A stretch of DNA of 64,000 nt. It comes from an uncultured Alphaproteobacteria bacterium (GTDB lineage Bacteria; Pseudomonadota; Alphaproteobacteria; Rs-D84). The translations under genes were made by a program, and so were the position numbers. Shown piece after piece: positions 48,970 to 61,303 of the stretch; the stretch's first letter is position 1; the number at the start of each line of letters is the position of its first letter. Location: NCBI GenBank assembly GCA_944392815.1, contig CALXXY010000001.1:64001-128000 (forward strand), in the 5' to 3' direction. Under the pieces are notes generated by a model. That model was not told the origin of the DNA and did not search any database. It saw only the letters and a list, made by a program, of their open reading frames with translations.

Positions 48970-49629
48970 TTAAAAATGCACACGCGCCCCCACACGGAAC
49001 TGATGTCCGGCGGGCGCAAAATCTGATATCGCACCGAATTCAGGCGAAAACATATACATGTATCTGTACCCGAAATCCAGCGCAAAATATTGTCCCAATT
49101 CCACCGACAACCCGGCCATGGCCGCCAAAGCCGGCGTTATTTTATGCCCCAACGACGTATCGTCCGATGAATTCCATGATACACCGGCCCCCACGCCGAC
49201 ATATGGTACCATACGCTGGTGATAAAACAGACGATACAGGTTGCCTATGCGGGCGTCAAATATTGCGTTAATCATTGCGGTGTCGGCCGTTAAATTAAAC
49301 GCGTCCCATTTGGCCGATGTGCGGATATAGTTTGCCTCTATCCTGAAAATGTCAAATGCGCGAACGCCGGCGACAACCTCGAACGAAGAGGTTGTTTTTC
49401 CCGATACATGTGTCACATCGTCTGCGCCATTGTTCCACAATGTAAAATCATACATGCCACCAACGTAAAACCGACGCAGACGGGCCAACGCCTGGGAATC
49501 GGCGCCGGACACCGTTTGTTCCACCGGCATATCAATTTGTTCCACGCGATAGGGAATCGCCGCATTTGCGACCATTGGCAACATACACAAAGCACTGATT
49601 ATTATTTTCGATTTCATTTTATTCCCCAT
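48970..49629 (-). CDS. Outer membrane beta-barrel (Opa/porin-like)
   Basis: Signal peptide, VPYVGVGAG, DFGYRY, C-terminal Phe. Confidence 0.82.
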   Translation of the reverse strand: MGNKMKSKIIISALCMLPMVANAAIPYRVEQIDMPVEQTVSGADSQALARLRRFYVGGMYDFTLWNNGADDVTHVSGKTTSSFEVVAGVRAFDIFRIEANYIRTSAKWDAFNLTADTAMINAIFDARIGNLYRLFYHQRMVPYVGVGAGVSWNSSDDTSLGHKITPALAAMAGLSVELGQYFALDFGYRYMYMFSPEFGAISDFAPAGHQFRVGARVHF

Positions 49630-49634
49630 CTTTA

Positions 49635-50399
49635 TCAGAAATTCACACGGAACGATGCCATAATATTGCTGATGTTATCAACACCGCCGGCACGCACGTC
49701 CCAGCCGAATCCGTTGCCTATCATCATTTGATATTGGTACATGATATCAATACCAATCAAATCATTTAACATAACATTAAATCCCAATGTGGCGCGTGGC
49801 GCAGCAATTACAAATCCGCCCGCCCCACCAGGGCCATCAAATTGATACCCCCCCGCCGCCGCACCAACGCCCATAAATGGCACGAAACGACGACGATACG
49901 TAATATCCCCAGTTTGTACATAGCGGCGTGCAAAATCAAAATACAGCATACCACCCAATGTTTGATATGACGCGCCAGCGTTATCAATGTCTGAAAATTC
50001 AAATGTAGATTCCTGGAAATCTATTTCCGTGCGAACATACGACGACAAATTCCACCCCAGGCCGATTTGGGTTGTCCAACTGTTGCGGCTGTCATATGCA
50101 ACATCGCCAACATGTGCGGCGTCGGTTGCAAACGGCAAATTCATTCCAGCCCCGGCACGCACGTACATTGATGTTGGAATAAACATCTGGATTTCATCAT
50201 TATACCCAGCATCGGCCGTTTGGTACACGTCCAGTCCCAATTCGCCGGGCGCGGCATCAGGCGTATCAACATTTGCCTGGGCACCGATTAAATCCAGGCC
50301 GCGTGTGACCTCGGCCACGAAATCGTCTGCGCTGTATTCCGCGAATGCCGGCGATATTATTAAAACCGACAAAATCCCCAAACACGATATTTTTTTCAT
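49635..50399 (-). CDS. Outer membrane beta-barrel protein
   Basis: Signal peptide, VRTEID, VPFMGVG, C-terminal RVNF. Confidence 0.8.
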   Translation of the reverse strand: MKKISCLGILSVLIISPAFAEYSADDFVAEVTRGLDLIGAQANVDTPDAAPGELGLDVYQTADAGYNDEIQMFIPTSMYVRAGAGMNLPFATDAAHVGDVAYDSRNSWTTQIGLGWNLSSYVRTEIDFQESTFEFSDIDNAGASYQTLGGMLYFDFARRYVQTGDITYRRRFVPFMGVGAAAGGYQFDGPGGAGGFVIAAPRATLGFNVMLNDLIGIDIMYQYQMMIGNGFGWDVRAGGVDNISNIMASFRVNF

Positions 50400-50486
50400 A
50401 TTTTATTCACCCAATTTCATTGATGATAAAATTTTAACATAAATTGAAACTTGATTCCAGCCCGTTTTATTCGTACCATTCAAAAT

Positions 50487-51320
50487 ATGAAGAAAAACGT
50501 GAAAAAATCAGATAAAAAAATAGCCCTGATTGCGGGCGCATTGGATTTGCCGTTTTTTACGCGCGACGCGTTGCGTCGGGCGGGCTGGGACGTGTATGTT
50601 GTTGGGCTGACCCCATTTTATGATCCACGGTTAAAACCTGACATTGCCGTGCGTCCAGCGGGCGGTTGGCCGGCGGTGCGACAATTTCGCAAACGTGGGA
50701 TAAAAAAATTAACCTTTGTCGGGGCATTGGGTCACCCAAATTTGGCGGCACTGCGGCCTGATTTATGGTCAATTGGATTACTGTTCAGTATTTTAAAACA
50801 TCAACGGGGGTATGATTCTATGGCGGTTGCATTAAACAAGGCGTTGGAAAAACGTGGGTTCGAAATTGTCGCGGCCCAGGACGTGGCGCCTGAATTGACG
50901 TTTCAGCACGCAGGCGTGCAAACCAAAACAAAACCCAGCACACGTGATGAACGTGATATCAAACGCGCGATTGATGTATCGCATACTATTGGCGCGGCGG
51001 ATATCGGCGCATCTGTGGTGGTTGATAAACAGGTCATCGCGGTCGAGGCCGCCGAAGGCACCGCAAAAATGTTGGAACGCGTTGTTGAAATGCGAAAAAA
51101 TCATCGCCGCGCCAGTGGCGTGTTTGCCAAAATGACCAAACCCGGCCAGGATTTAAGAATCGATATTCCAGCCATAGGGGTGGATACTGTTAATGCTGTG
51201 GCGGCGGCGAAATTGCGCGGAATTGTCGTTAACACGAAAACGTGTTTCGTTGTCGACCGCGACGCAGTCATCAAACGCGCAAATGAATTGAAAATATTCA
51301 TTGTCGCCGTGGACGAATAA
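50487..51320 (+). CDS. lpxI: UDP-2,3-diacylglucosamine diphosphatase LpxI
   Basis: IALIAG..LP, DIG, AVEAAEGT, KPGQDLRIDIPAIG. Confidence 0.9.
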   Translation: MKKNVKKSDKKIALIAGALDLPFFTRDALRRAGWDVYVVGLTPFYDPRLKPDIAVRPAGGWPAVRQFRKRGIKKLTFVGALGHPNLAALRPDLWSIGLLFSILKHQRGYDSMAVALNKALEKRGFEIVAAQDVAPELTFQHAGVQTKTKPSTRDERDIKRAIDVSHTIGAADIGASVVVDKQVIAVEAAEGTAKMLERVVEMRKNHRRASGVFAKMTKPGQDLRIDIPAIGVDTVNAVAAAKLRGIVVNTKTCFVVDRDAVIKRANELKIFIVAVDE

Positions 51321-51324
51321 AAAA

Positions 51325-52542
51325 TCAGTTATTATATTTCAGAATTTTTTCAAAAAATTCGCGTGCTGATTTGCGTCTGCTGCGACCGGGAATCCAACAA
51401 CTGCACAGCCGTACGATTAATTTTTTAACACGCCGGGCAAATGTTTTGCTGTGCGTTTTATTATATGCCGACAACATTACGTTATATTCATACACTGTGC
51501 GTGCGTCGACGAATAAATCCTGGTATGAAAATTTAAATTTCGCCCATTTCAAAAAATCTGTAAAATATTTTGTTGCACCAATAATTTGCGGGCAATCAGT
51601 GAAATGGCCGGTTGGCGTGGATTCCACACTGGCCCATACCAGCACAAAATCCAAACCAACTGTTTGATTTATCAGATTTTGCACCGGCACAGAATCGTCC
51701 ACGGCGGTGTTTCTTTTCAGTTGAATGACTGTGCCACCGGGGCGCATAAACAACGCCAAATGCAACGCAGTGCCCGCACACCCCGCCAAATATTTACAAT
51801 GCCGCATTAATGATATTTGACGCGCAACAGACAACTGTTCCGGATAAATTACATGATATCCATTATTTTCAAATATTTTTTGGATACGTTCTTCGCCGAA
51901 TGTTTTACGTGCCCCCATGGCCAAACGCGACACGTATATTTTGTCATAATGTTCGCCATCGTCTGGAACATTATCCGCAATTGTCCGGCATATATCCGCC
52001 ATTTCGCATGATGAATATGCACATAAATCAGTCGCCTGGGTCGGGACGTACAATGTATTGAACGATGTACTGTCATGTGCACAGATAATATTTTCACGCG
52101 GAATTCCCAACAAATTCAATATTTCCATTGAGTACGATGGGATTTCGTCATTTCCCGGTAATACAAACACGTATTTACAATTACGATATTTTTTATCCAA
52201 AATCGGATATGTGCGATTCAGCCCTTCGCATAACAAATGCCCAAAATGCCGAACCCACCAACCACCATCGCAATAAACAGCGTCGGCATCAACATGACGG
52301 ACTTTATCAGGGTTGCAATGTGGTACGGCGCGTTTACGATACGTATTGTTGCGTCTGTGGGCGGATTCAGGGACAAATTTTCCATTGGCATCACACACAC
52401 CAAATGTTTCATTTTTAATATCAACAGCCACAATACCATTGGGAACAGCGCGCACGTGCAAATTTTGTTTTATTTCCACGGGCGCAGATAAAACCTTGTT
52501 ATAATGTGCGATATATTCGTCTGGAATAAATAATTTATACAT
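51325..52542 (-). CDS. Glycosyltransferase family 61 protein
   Basis: HFGHLLCE, KIYVSR, PEQLS..QI, GTALH. Confidence 0.82.
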   Translation of the reverse strand: MYKLFIPDEYIAHYNKVLSAPVEIKQNLHVRAVPNGIVAVDIKNETFGVCDANGKFVPESAHRRNNTYRKRAVPHCNPDKVRHVDADAVYCDGGWWVRHFGHLLCEGLNRTYPILDKKYRNCKYVFVLPGNDEIPSYSMEILNLLGIPRENIICAHDSTSFNTLYVPTQATDLCAYSSCEMADICRTIADNVPDDGEHYDKIYVSRLAMGARKTFGEERIQKIFENNGYHVIYPEQLSVARQISLMRHCKYLAGCAGTALHLALFMRPGGTVIQLKRNTAVDDSVPVQNLINQTVGLDFVLVWASVESTPTGHFTDCPQIIGATKYFTDFLKWAKFKFSYQDLFVDARTVYEYNVMLSAYNKTHSKTFARRVKKLIVRLCSCWIPGRSRRKSAREFFEKILKYNN

Positions 52543-52640
52543 TTTTGTCCTGTTTTATGTGCTGTATGTTAAATCAGTGCCACTGTTTTTGCAATAAAAA
52601 TCCGCCCAAACGGGCGGATTTTTATATTAAACCGTATGTT

Positions 52641-52970
52641 TTACTGTTTTACGATTTCATTCACCGTCACAGTGAATACCACGTCCTGGCCCGCCAATTC
52701 AGGCACATAATTTTCCGGGAATGTGATATTAATGTCACGTGTTTCGCCCTGTTCCATGCCAACCAACTGTTCTTCGAACCCGGGGACAAATTGACCACTG
52801 CCCAATACCAATGGGAAATTGGTGGCTGTACCGCCAGCGAATGCCACGCCATCTTTGTGTCCGGCGAAATCGATAATAACTGTGTCGCCATTTTGCGCGC
52901 CAGCATTACTGTCGCACGCGGTCAAAAACATTGCGCCACAAATCGCAACCGCAGAAAATAATTTTTTCAT
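52641..52970 (-). CDS. Lipoprotein FKBP-type peptidyl-prolyl isomerase
   Basis: Lipobox LTAC; GDTVIIDF, LGSGQFVPGFEEQLVG, FPENY. Confidence 0.87.
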   Translation of the reverse strand: MKKLFSAVAICGAMFLTACDSNAGAQNGDTVIIDFAGHKDGVAFAGGTATNFPLVLGSGQFVPGFEEQLVGMEQGETRDINITFPENYVPELAGQDVVFTVTVNEIVKQ

Positions 52971-53017
52971 GTTAATCCTCCGTATCATTTTTGTAAATTT
53001 TCATTTTATTTTCCCCC

Positions 53018-53581
53018 TTAATTGTTATACACACATCTGAATCCGTATTCACGCATGGTTGTGCCTTCGGCCTCTACCCTGTAATCGAAATATGGTGTTG
53101 GGCGCATAACGTCAAACGATGGGCGGTCATAAACCAAAACTATGCTGTCGGCATTACGGCCACAAATACGTTTCATTTCGTAATCTGCAACCTTGGCCAG
53201 GACGGTACGCGCATCGCCATCGATATCCATACCATCAGCATTTTGTATCAAACGCAGACGCATTTCGCGCAAATCGGTATTGCCCAACAGAATCTGGACC
53301 CGCACCATGGTGCCACGATATTCCTGCCACCGGGTTTCCATGCGCGCAGTATTCCAACGATTGTTGCTGGCTTCCTTTTCTGCATCTGTTTTTGGTTTAT
53401 ACGAATCAATGTTTGAATATTGGTTATCAGATTGCATAAATGTGCTGGTACGTTCGTTATACAGTGGCGCGTCTGCACCGCCGGCGGCGAAATCGTCCGT
53501 ATTATACGGCGTATCATTCCCAGTATTGCATGCGCCCAATATGAACGCAGAACACAACATAAACAGCAAAGTTTTTTTCAT
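53018..53581 (-). CDS. Hypothetical lipoprotein
   Basis: MKKTLL..LGAC lipobox. Confidence 0.75.
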   Translation of the reverse strand: MKKTLLFMLCSAFILGACNTGNDTPYNTDDFAAGGADAPLYNERTSTFMQSDNQYSNIDSYKPKTDAEKEASNNRWNTARMETRWQEYRGTMVRVQILLGNTDLREMRLRLIQNADGMDIDGDARTVLAKVADYEMKRICGRNADSIVLVYDRPSFDVMRPTPYFDYRVEAEGTTMREYGFRCVYNN

Positions 53582-53657
53582 TTTTTTCTCTCTTTTTTGT
53601 AATTTTATCAAATAAAGCATTTTGATTCAAGTCACGATTTATGATAAAATTAATCTG

Positions 53658-54617
53658 ATGTCAAATGTAGTTCTGGAATCTTTGCTGAAACCATTGGAAG
53701 AATTCTATAAACCATCGTTTGTAGAAGAAATCGCCATTAATCACGAGGGCGAGGTCTGGATGCGCCTGCATGGTGCACGGGTGCCGTGGGTGGCGTACAA
53801 CGCCCAGGCATTGACCAAACAATATTTAATTGATTTAATTCATACGGTCGCAAATATTTATGAACGGCCGTTTGATCCTGTGCATGGTATGCCTGTGGTA
53901 TATGCCACTTTGCCCGGCAATCACAGATTTACGGCCATCGCCGGCCCCAATGTGCAATACGATGACCGCGATGTGACCGGTGGCGTGGCATTAAATATCC
54001 GCGGGACGTCTGCGCCGGATACTTCATTTGAAAACTATCATTTAAAACGTGGCGAAAAATTAATTCGGGTTAAACCGCGCGAATCTGTGCGACCCGATGA
54101 TCCGTACGACAGATTGATGTCCGCCATTAATGACGGCAGTCCTATTTTAATCAGTGGCGCAACCGCGACCGGGAAAACAACGTTTTTAAATCATATGCTG
54201 ACGCTGATTGATAAAAACAGCCGTGTCATTACGGTCGAAGATGCGCGGGAAATCCGCGTTCCACAGCCCAATCGTGTGCATTTTATATTGTCACGTACCG
54301 AACAAACGAACGATTTTAACTATGCCAGATTACTGGATTTGGTTGTTCGTATGACGCCAGACGTTATAATTGGTGGCGAAATTTCGACTGATAATGCGGC
54401 CGTGTTGTGGGAAATGTTGGGAACCGGCCATGACCATTTTTACACCACTATTCATGCCGAAAGTGCCGAGGCCGCCTATGCCGCGTTTGCGGATCGTATT
54501 TTGCATACCCAGCCCGCATATGACCGAACTGATTTAATTGCAGAAATGAAAAGAAAAATTCGCGTTGTGCAATTATCTCGTGATGGGGCCTTGCGCGCGG
54601 TGACAGAAGTGGTATAA
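53658..54617 (+). CDS. VirB11/CpaF-family secretion ATPase
   Basis: EEIAIN, SGATATGKTT, TVEDARE, RMTPDVIIGGEI, TGH, TIHA. Confidence 0.88.
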   Translation: MSNVVLESLLKPLEEFYKPSFVEEIAINHEGEVWMRLHGARVPWVAYNAQALTKQYLIDLIHTVANIYERPFDPVHGMPVVYATLPGNHRFTAIAGPNVQYDDRDVTGGVALNIRGTSAPDTSFENYHLKRGEKLIRVKPRESVRPDDPYDRLMSAINDGSPILISGATATGKTTFLNHMLTLIDKNSRVITVEDAREIRVPQPNRVHFILSRTEQTNDFNYARLLDLVVRMTPDVIIGGEISTDNAAVLWEMLGTGHDHFYTTIHAESAEAAYAAFADRILHTQPAYDRTDLIAEMKRKIRVVQLSRDGALRAVTEVV

Positions 54618-54654
54618 TCTGCGCATACAAAAATAAAACACAAAGGATTAAATT

Positions 54655-54843
54655 ATGACAGCACAACCGAACAGAGCCAAAACTACGCGCGATATGGCGG
54701 CCGCCATGCGCGAGTTAGAGGCGAAAAAACTGCGCGACGCAGAAAAACGCGAACAAGAATTACTGGAACGGCGTGGATTGATTGACGTATTGTTGTTATT
54801 GCCGGATAAAATAAAACAATTATTTAAATCGCATAACAGATAA
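54655..54843 (+). CDS. Small hypothetical protein
   Basis: AAGGA RBS, followed by terminator hairpin. Confidence 0.55.
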   Translation: MTAQPNRAKTTRDMAAAMRELEAKKLRDAEKREQELLERRGLIDVLLLLPDKIKQLFKSHNR

Positions 54844-54872
54844 TAAAAAAGTCCCATTTTTGGGACTTTTTA

Positions 54873-55190
54873 TTATTCACGCATTAATTTTGATTTCATA
54901 CGTTCGTATTCGGCCTTGGTAATAACCTTGTCTTTATATAATTTCGCCAATTTTTCCAATTTATCCAATTCATTAAATCCAACAGAATCATCGCCACAAA
55001 ACAGCGACATCAGCAACGCTATGAACCATGTCAGGCCGAAAAACACGCCAAATATCGACAATATGATAATTGCGTTTTTGGTGCCGCCCGTCACGCCACG
55101 CGCATTCGCAATTAAAATCGGAATTGCCAAAAATGCCCCGAATATAAATGCGATACACAACATCACGATAAATGCAACTATGTATTCCAT
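54873..55190 (-). CDS. Superinfection-immunity (Imm)-like membrane protein with SHOCT tail
   Basis: IPILIANARG..AIIIL..TWFIALLMS; LEKLAKL...ITKAEYERMKSKLM. Confidence 0.7.
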   Translation of the reverse strand: MEYIVAFIVMLCIAFIFGAFLAIPILIANARGVTGGTKNAIIILSIFGVFFGLTWFIALLMSLFCGDDSVGFNELDKLEKLAKLYKDKVITKAEYERMKSKLMRE

Positions 55191-55275
55191 ATCTTTTCCC
55201 CCCTTGGTTATATACATGGATATTATAGCGCAACTGTACCCGATTTTCAATTCCGGTGCATATTGTAAAAATATT

Positions 55276-57339
<2,064 letters not shown>

Positions 57340-57585
57340 TTATCGCCGTTCGTATTCTGGCGGGAAATAGTTGGCGAATTCTGCCCAGGTGGTGTTCGTC
57401 GCGTTCATAATTTTAACCAAACTGCCAACAGACATCCAATGCGGGCGGCCGTCTGGGCCGTGACGTTTGCTTTTGTTCAATGCGGTCAAATCCAATCCAC
57501 TTAATTGCGCCATGCGCGAACATGAAATATTGTGCGCCGCGGCCAAGTTATCTATTGCACGCCAAAACATAGCATTAGTCACCAT
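57340..57585 (-). CDS. Stand-alone HTH regulator, copy 2
   Basis: WRAIDNLA..GLDLTALNKSKR..DGRPHW; paralog of 47377-47625. Confidence 0.8.
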   Translation of the reverse strand: MVTNAMFWRAIDNLAAAHNISCSRMAQLSGLDLTALNKSKRHGPDGRPHWMSVGSLVKIMNATNTTWAEFANYFPPEYERR

Positions 57586-57749
57586 TTTTACCCTCCGATA
57601 TTTTTTAGAATTATGCGTTTATCGCTTGGTGTACTTGAACATATTCTAATTATGATTGAGTTCCCATCAAAAATCAATCGTTTTCTCTAGGACGTTTTTC
57701 ATAATTAAAAATCCCCCAATTGGGGGATTTTTACGATAACCTGGTGCGA

Positions 57750-58571
57750 TTATTGTTTGTTCTGTTCGTCCAGACCATGCAGCAATACTTCCTTTAAATC
57801 ATTTGGAATCATGCCTGTGGTGGAATAGCCACAGTCAACATGGTGCACTTCGCCGGTGACGGCACTGGACAAATCGCTGAACAAATACACGGCCGCGCCG
57901 GATACATCGTCCAACGTCATATTGCGACGCAGTGGCGTTTGTTCCGCGTTCAGGCGCAACATGGATTTCATGCCGCCCACACCCGATGACGCCAATGTCA
58001 TAATCGGACCCGCGCTGATTGCATTGATGCGGATTTTATCACGCCCCAGGTCAGACGCCAGATAGCGAACACTGCTGTCCAGGGCAGATTTCGCAACGCC
58101 CATGACGTTATAATTCGGGACTGATTTTTCCCCGCCATAGTATGTTAATGTGACAATGCTGCCGCCGTCGGTCATTAATTTGGACGCACGGCGTGTCAAA
58201 TCAACCAACGAATACACAGACACGTCCATGGTGTTTTTGAAATTCGCACGGGTTGTATCGGCATAGCGACCCGTTAATTCATTTTTATCTGAAAACGCAA
58301 TTGCGTGCAACATGCCGTCCAGTTTGCCCCATTCCTGTTCGATTTTGTTGAACAAATCGTCCATCTGTTCATCATTTTGAACATTGCATTCCTGGACAAA
58401 TTTCGCGCCGATGGATTCAGCCAACGGACGAACACGCTTTTCCAAATTTGGCATAGCATACGGCATGGCGATTTCTGCGCCCTCGTCATGGGCACGCTTT
58501 GCAATAGCCCACGCCATGGACCAATCGTTTGCAACGCCAGTGATTAAAATCTTTTTTCCTTTTAATAACAT
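57750..58571 (-). CDS. fabI: Enoyl-ACP reductase
   Basis: GKKILITGVAN, HAIAF, YNVMGVAKSAL, NAISAGPI. Confidence 0.95.
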   Translation of the reverse strand: MLLKGKKILITGVANDWSMAWAIAKRAHDEGAEIAMPYAMPNLEKRVRPLAESIGAKFVQECNVQNDEQMDDLFNKIEQEWGKLDGMLHAIAFSDKNELTGRYADTTRANFKNTMDVSVYSLVDLTRRASKLMTDGGSIVTLTYYGGEKSVPNYNVMGVAKSALDSSVRYLASDLGRDKIRINAISAGPIMTLASSGVGGMKSMLRLNAEQTPLRRNMTLDDVSGAAVYLFSDLSSAVTGEVHHVDCGYSTTGMIPNDLKEVLLHGLDEQNKQ

Positions 58572-58691
58572 TTTGCTTCCTCTATGTTTTTTATTGGACG
58601 GGGAAAAATATATCACCAAAAAAGCAAAATCGCAATGAATAAAAAAAATACTTGAAATGGGATTTAAAAGGTTATATGATATGCGGGCTGT

Positions 58692-58767
58692 TCGGGCATA
58701 GTTCAGTCGGTAGAACAACGGACTGTTAATCCGTATGTCACTGGTTCGAGTCCAGTTGCCCGAGCCA
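58692..58767 (+). tRNA. tRNA-Asn(GUU)
   Basis: TCGGGCA acceptor, ACGGA CT GTT AA TCCGT, CCA end. Confidence 0.96.
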
Positions 58768-58947
58768 AGATTTCCGCAGATTTCTGCGGATTTTCTTTAC
58801 TTTTGCCACGGCAATTCATTCCGGTATAAAAAGTACACAAATGTCATATTTTGATAAAAAAGTACATATTTGTACACGTAAAAAAACATCCAAAAAAACA
58901 CATCAACACCAAGCACACAAAGGGTTTGAACGATTTTATTATGACTT

Positions 58948-59265
58948 ATGCGACACACGGACTACATATATGTACTTTTTTATAAAAGACTGGACTTTCG
59001 TCGAAAGATATTGATGAATGCGACAACCCTAAAAGGATTGTCTATGAAATATAAACATTTTCGGGAAATTGAACCCAGTAATAAGACGGATTTTATTATG
59101 CTTTATTTCGCAGCATGCCGATCATTGCACGAGTTAGAAAACGCTATCCGCAGAACGAACAATGGCAACCTAACCTGCCGACAGACGTGGTTGCTCCGCC
59201 GCATCCAGCACAAATTATTCCAAATGGCAGCATCTTGGAAAAAGGAAACCCATAAAAAGTTATAA
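58948..59265 (+). CDS. Hypothetical protein (start uncertain)
   Basis: ORF inside islet followed by hairpin. Confidence 0.35.
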   Translation: MRHTDYIYVLFYKRLDFRRKILMNATTLKGLSMKYKHFREIEPSNKTDFIMLYFAACRSLHELENAIRRTNNGNLTCRQTWLLRRIQHKLFQMAASWKKETHKKL

Positions 59266-59282
59266 TTCTTATGGGGTTATTA

Positions 59283-60515
59283 TTACAAACAATCTCTCAG
59301 ATCTTTATTATATTGCAACATAGTCGGTTGATTGTCTGGGTTATATAAGATATTTTTCTGATCAAAGTTCAGTTCTACAGCATTGCCATGATGATCAATC
59401 AACAAAATATCATTGCCTCTAGACTGCATTTCAATGTTTCTGTTACGGTTTTGAGTTATTATTGCGTGTCTATAGGCATCTATGTAAACCATATTTTCCC
59501 ATTTATCGAATAATTTATACTGTTCTGGACTTTCCGCCCAAGACAAAGGAACGACATGATGCAATTCAAATCCCGCTGTTCTTTTAACCTTATGCTTATT
59601 GAAATACGCATCCTTCTCAGCTATCGAACGAGTCATAACATCAATTATTTCGCCAGCTTTCGTTTTTATCTTATGCGTTGATAAATTCAGGTCATCCCCT
59701 ACCACATCAAAATGGGGACTTTGTGCTAACAAATGATAAACTTGGTCTATTTTATTTTTCCAATTATGCCAATCTCGCTGTGCAGTCTTATCCCCATCAA
59801 AATTTTCTGGTTTTAATTTATCAGACAAAATCTCTATAACTTTTATTTGCAGATATTTGCCTAACCTGCGATATGTGTGTATCAAATCAACACACTGTTC
59901 TAAAGTTATAGAAAAACTCGTTCCCGAATCTACGGCAGAAACAAAAAACATAAATTCATATTTTGTAATCGTACCGATATGATATTCAGGTTCCTTCAAT
60001 AATTGTAAAGCAATTTCTATATATCCACCCAACAAAGTATCTATCGCCTTTGTAAAAATAAATGATCTATTCAACAGATCTCTTTCTCTGATAAACTTTA
60101 CGCCATCTGGTGATAACGACACATATTTTGGCGATATGCGCCCGTACGGCGAAATAACATTTCTATTCTTGTCATATCTAGTTATCAGCCCCATACGGTG
60201 TAAGTCAACGAAAATGTTTTTGCGTATTGAGTCTTGAGTTCCCTTTCCAACGGCTGCGTTAACTTCCTCACAAAACCTAGCATAATCGTATTCATCTATT
60301 GTGTTTTCTGGCCGTTTCTTTGAATCGGTATCCCTTATTCTCAAAAGTTGATTATTTGGGGCATACCTATCCAAACACATAAGCATTTTATAAATTTCAT
60401 CCATATCATAACGATTATGTTCTGACGAAACACCACCGCGATAATTAACATCATTAACTCTTGCATCTATAAAAGATAACGCCTCGTTTGGACTCAATCC
60501 ACTAACATAAATCAT
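59283..60515 (-). CDS. Type IIS restriction endonuclease, MboII-like (HNH)
   Basis: NYRG..SEHNRYD, GTQDSIRKNIFVD, FELHHVVPL; recalled similarity to R.MboII. Confidence 0.8.
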   Translation of the reverse strand: MIYVSGLSPNEALSFIDARVNDVNYRGGVSSEHNRYDMDEIYKMLMCLDRYAPNNQLLRIRDTDSKKRPENTIDEYDYARFCEEVNAAVGKGTQDSIRKNIFVDLHRMGLITRYDKNRNVISPYGRISPKYVSLSPDGVKFIRERDLLNRSFIFTKAIDTLLGGYIEIALQLLKEPEYHIGTITKYEFMFFVSAVDSGTSFSITLEQCVDLIHTYRRLGKYLQIKVIEILSDKLKPENFDGDKTAQRDWHNWKNKIDQVYHLLAQSPHFDVVGDDLNLSTHKIKTKAGEIIDVMTRSIAEKDAYFNKHKVKRTAGFELHHVVPLSWAESPEQYKLFDKWENMVYIDAYRHAIITQNRNRNIEMQSRGNDILLIDHHGNAVELNFDQKNILYNPDNQPTMLQYNKDLRDCL

Positions 60516-61303
60516 TGCACTACCCCTAGATTATTTTTTGTTAACTCTACATATTTTTTTGATTTGTCAGCACAAATATAGTTTCTATGCAATTTTTTTG
60601 CAACAACAGCTGTTGTTCCACTACCAACAAAACAATCCAAAACAAGTTCTCCTTTATTTGAACTCGCCAAAATCATGCGTTCAATCATTTCCTCTGGTTT
60701 TGGTGTGACATGCTGTTGTTTTTGCACTTTGCCATTAACTTTATTCTTGTGACGCTGACTTGTTATATGCCATACTTCGCCACACAATCTACCATTCGGA
60801 TTTGGAAACCAACGCTTACCATTTTTTAATATTCCTTTCGTTTTTGCGGCTTCTATTCTGTCTGTAGATTCATACGGAACACGTATGTCGTTATAATTGA
60901 AAGTATATTTATTAGATTTTGTAAAAAACAATATACTCTCTTGGCCATTCGCATATTTTTTTGTAGATGTACCAAGCCCGTCCCTTTTGTCCCAAGTGAT
61001 CCAATTTTGAAACACCAATCCACGTTTTAATAAATGTTGTAAAATAAACGCGCAATTAAAAGGTGTATTAAAAATATATATACTTCCTGTATCTTTCAAT
61101 TTTGGTATAAGTGCGTCTATCCATTTTTTTGTAAATTTCATAAAATCATCATGCGATGCAAATGTATCCCAATCAGCTTTTCCCATATTGTAGGGTGGAT
61201 CTATAACAGCCAAATCAACAGATGAGTTCTTTACCTGTTTCAGGAAGTTCATACAATCCATATTATAAATTTCGTTAATCGCCAAACAACCCATCGCTAG
61301 CAC
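60512..61303 (-). CDS. N6-adenine DNA methyltransferase, M1.MboII-like (beta class)
   Basis: DPPYN, GILKNGKRWFPNPNGRLCGEVW, TPKP, DCFVGSGTT. Confidence 0.9.
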   Translation of the reverse strand: MLAMGCLAINEIYNMDCMNFLKQVKNSSVDLAVIDPPYNMGKADWDTFASHDDFMKFTKKWIDALIPKLKDTGSIYIFNTPFNCAFILQHLLKRGLVFQNWITWDKRDGLGTSTKKYANGQESILFFTKSNKYTFNYNDIRVPYESTDRIEAAKTKGILKNGKRWFPNPNGRLCGEVWHITSQRHKNKVNGKVQKQQHVTPKPEEMIERMILASSNKGELVLDCFVGSGTTAVVAKKLHRNYICADKSKKYVELTKNNLGVVQ

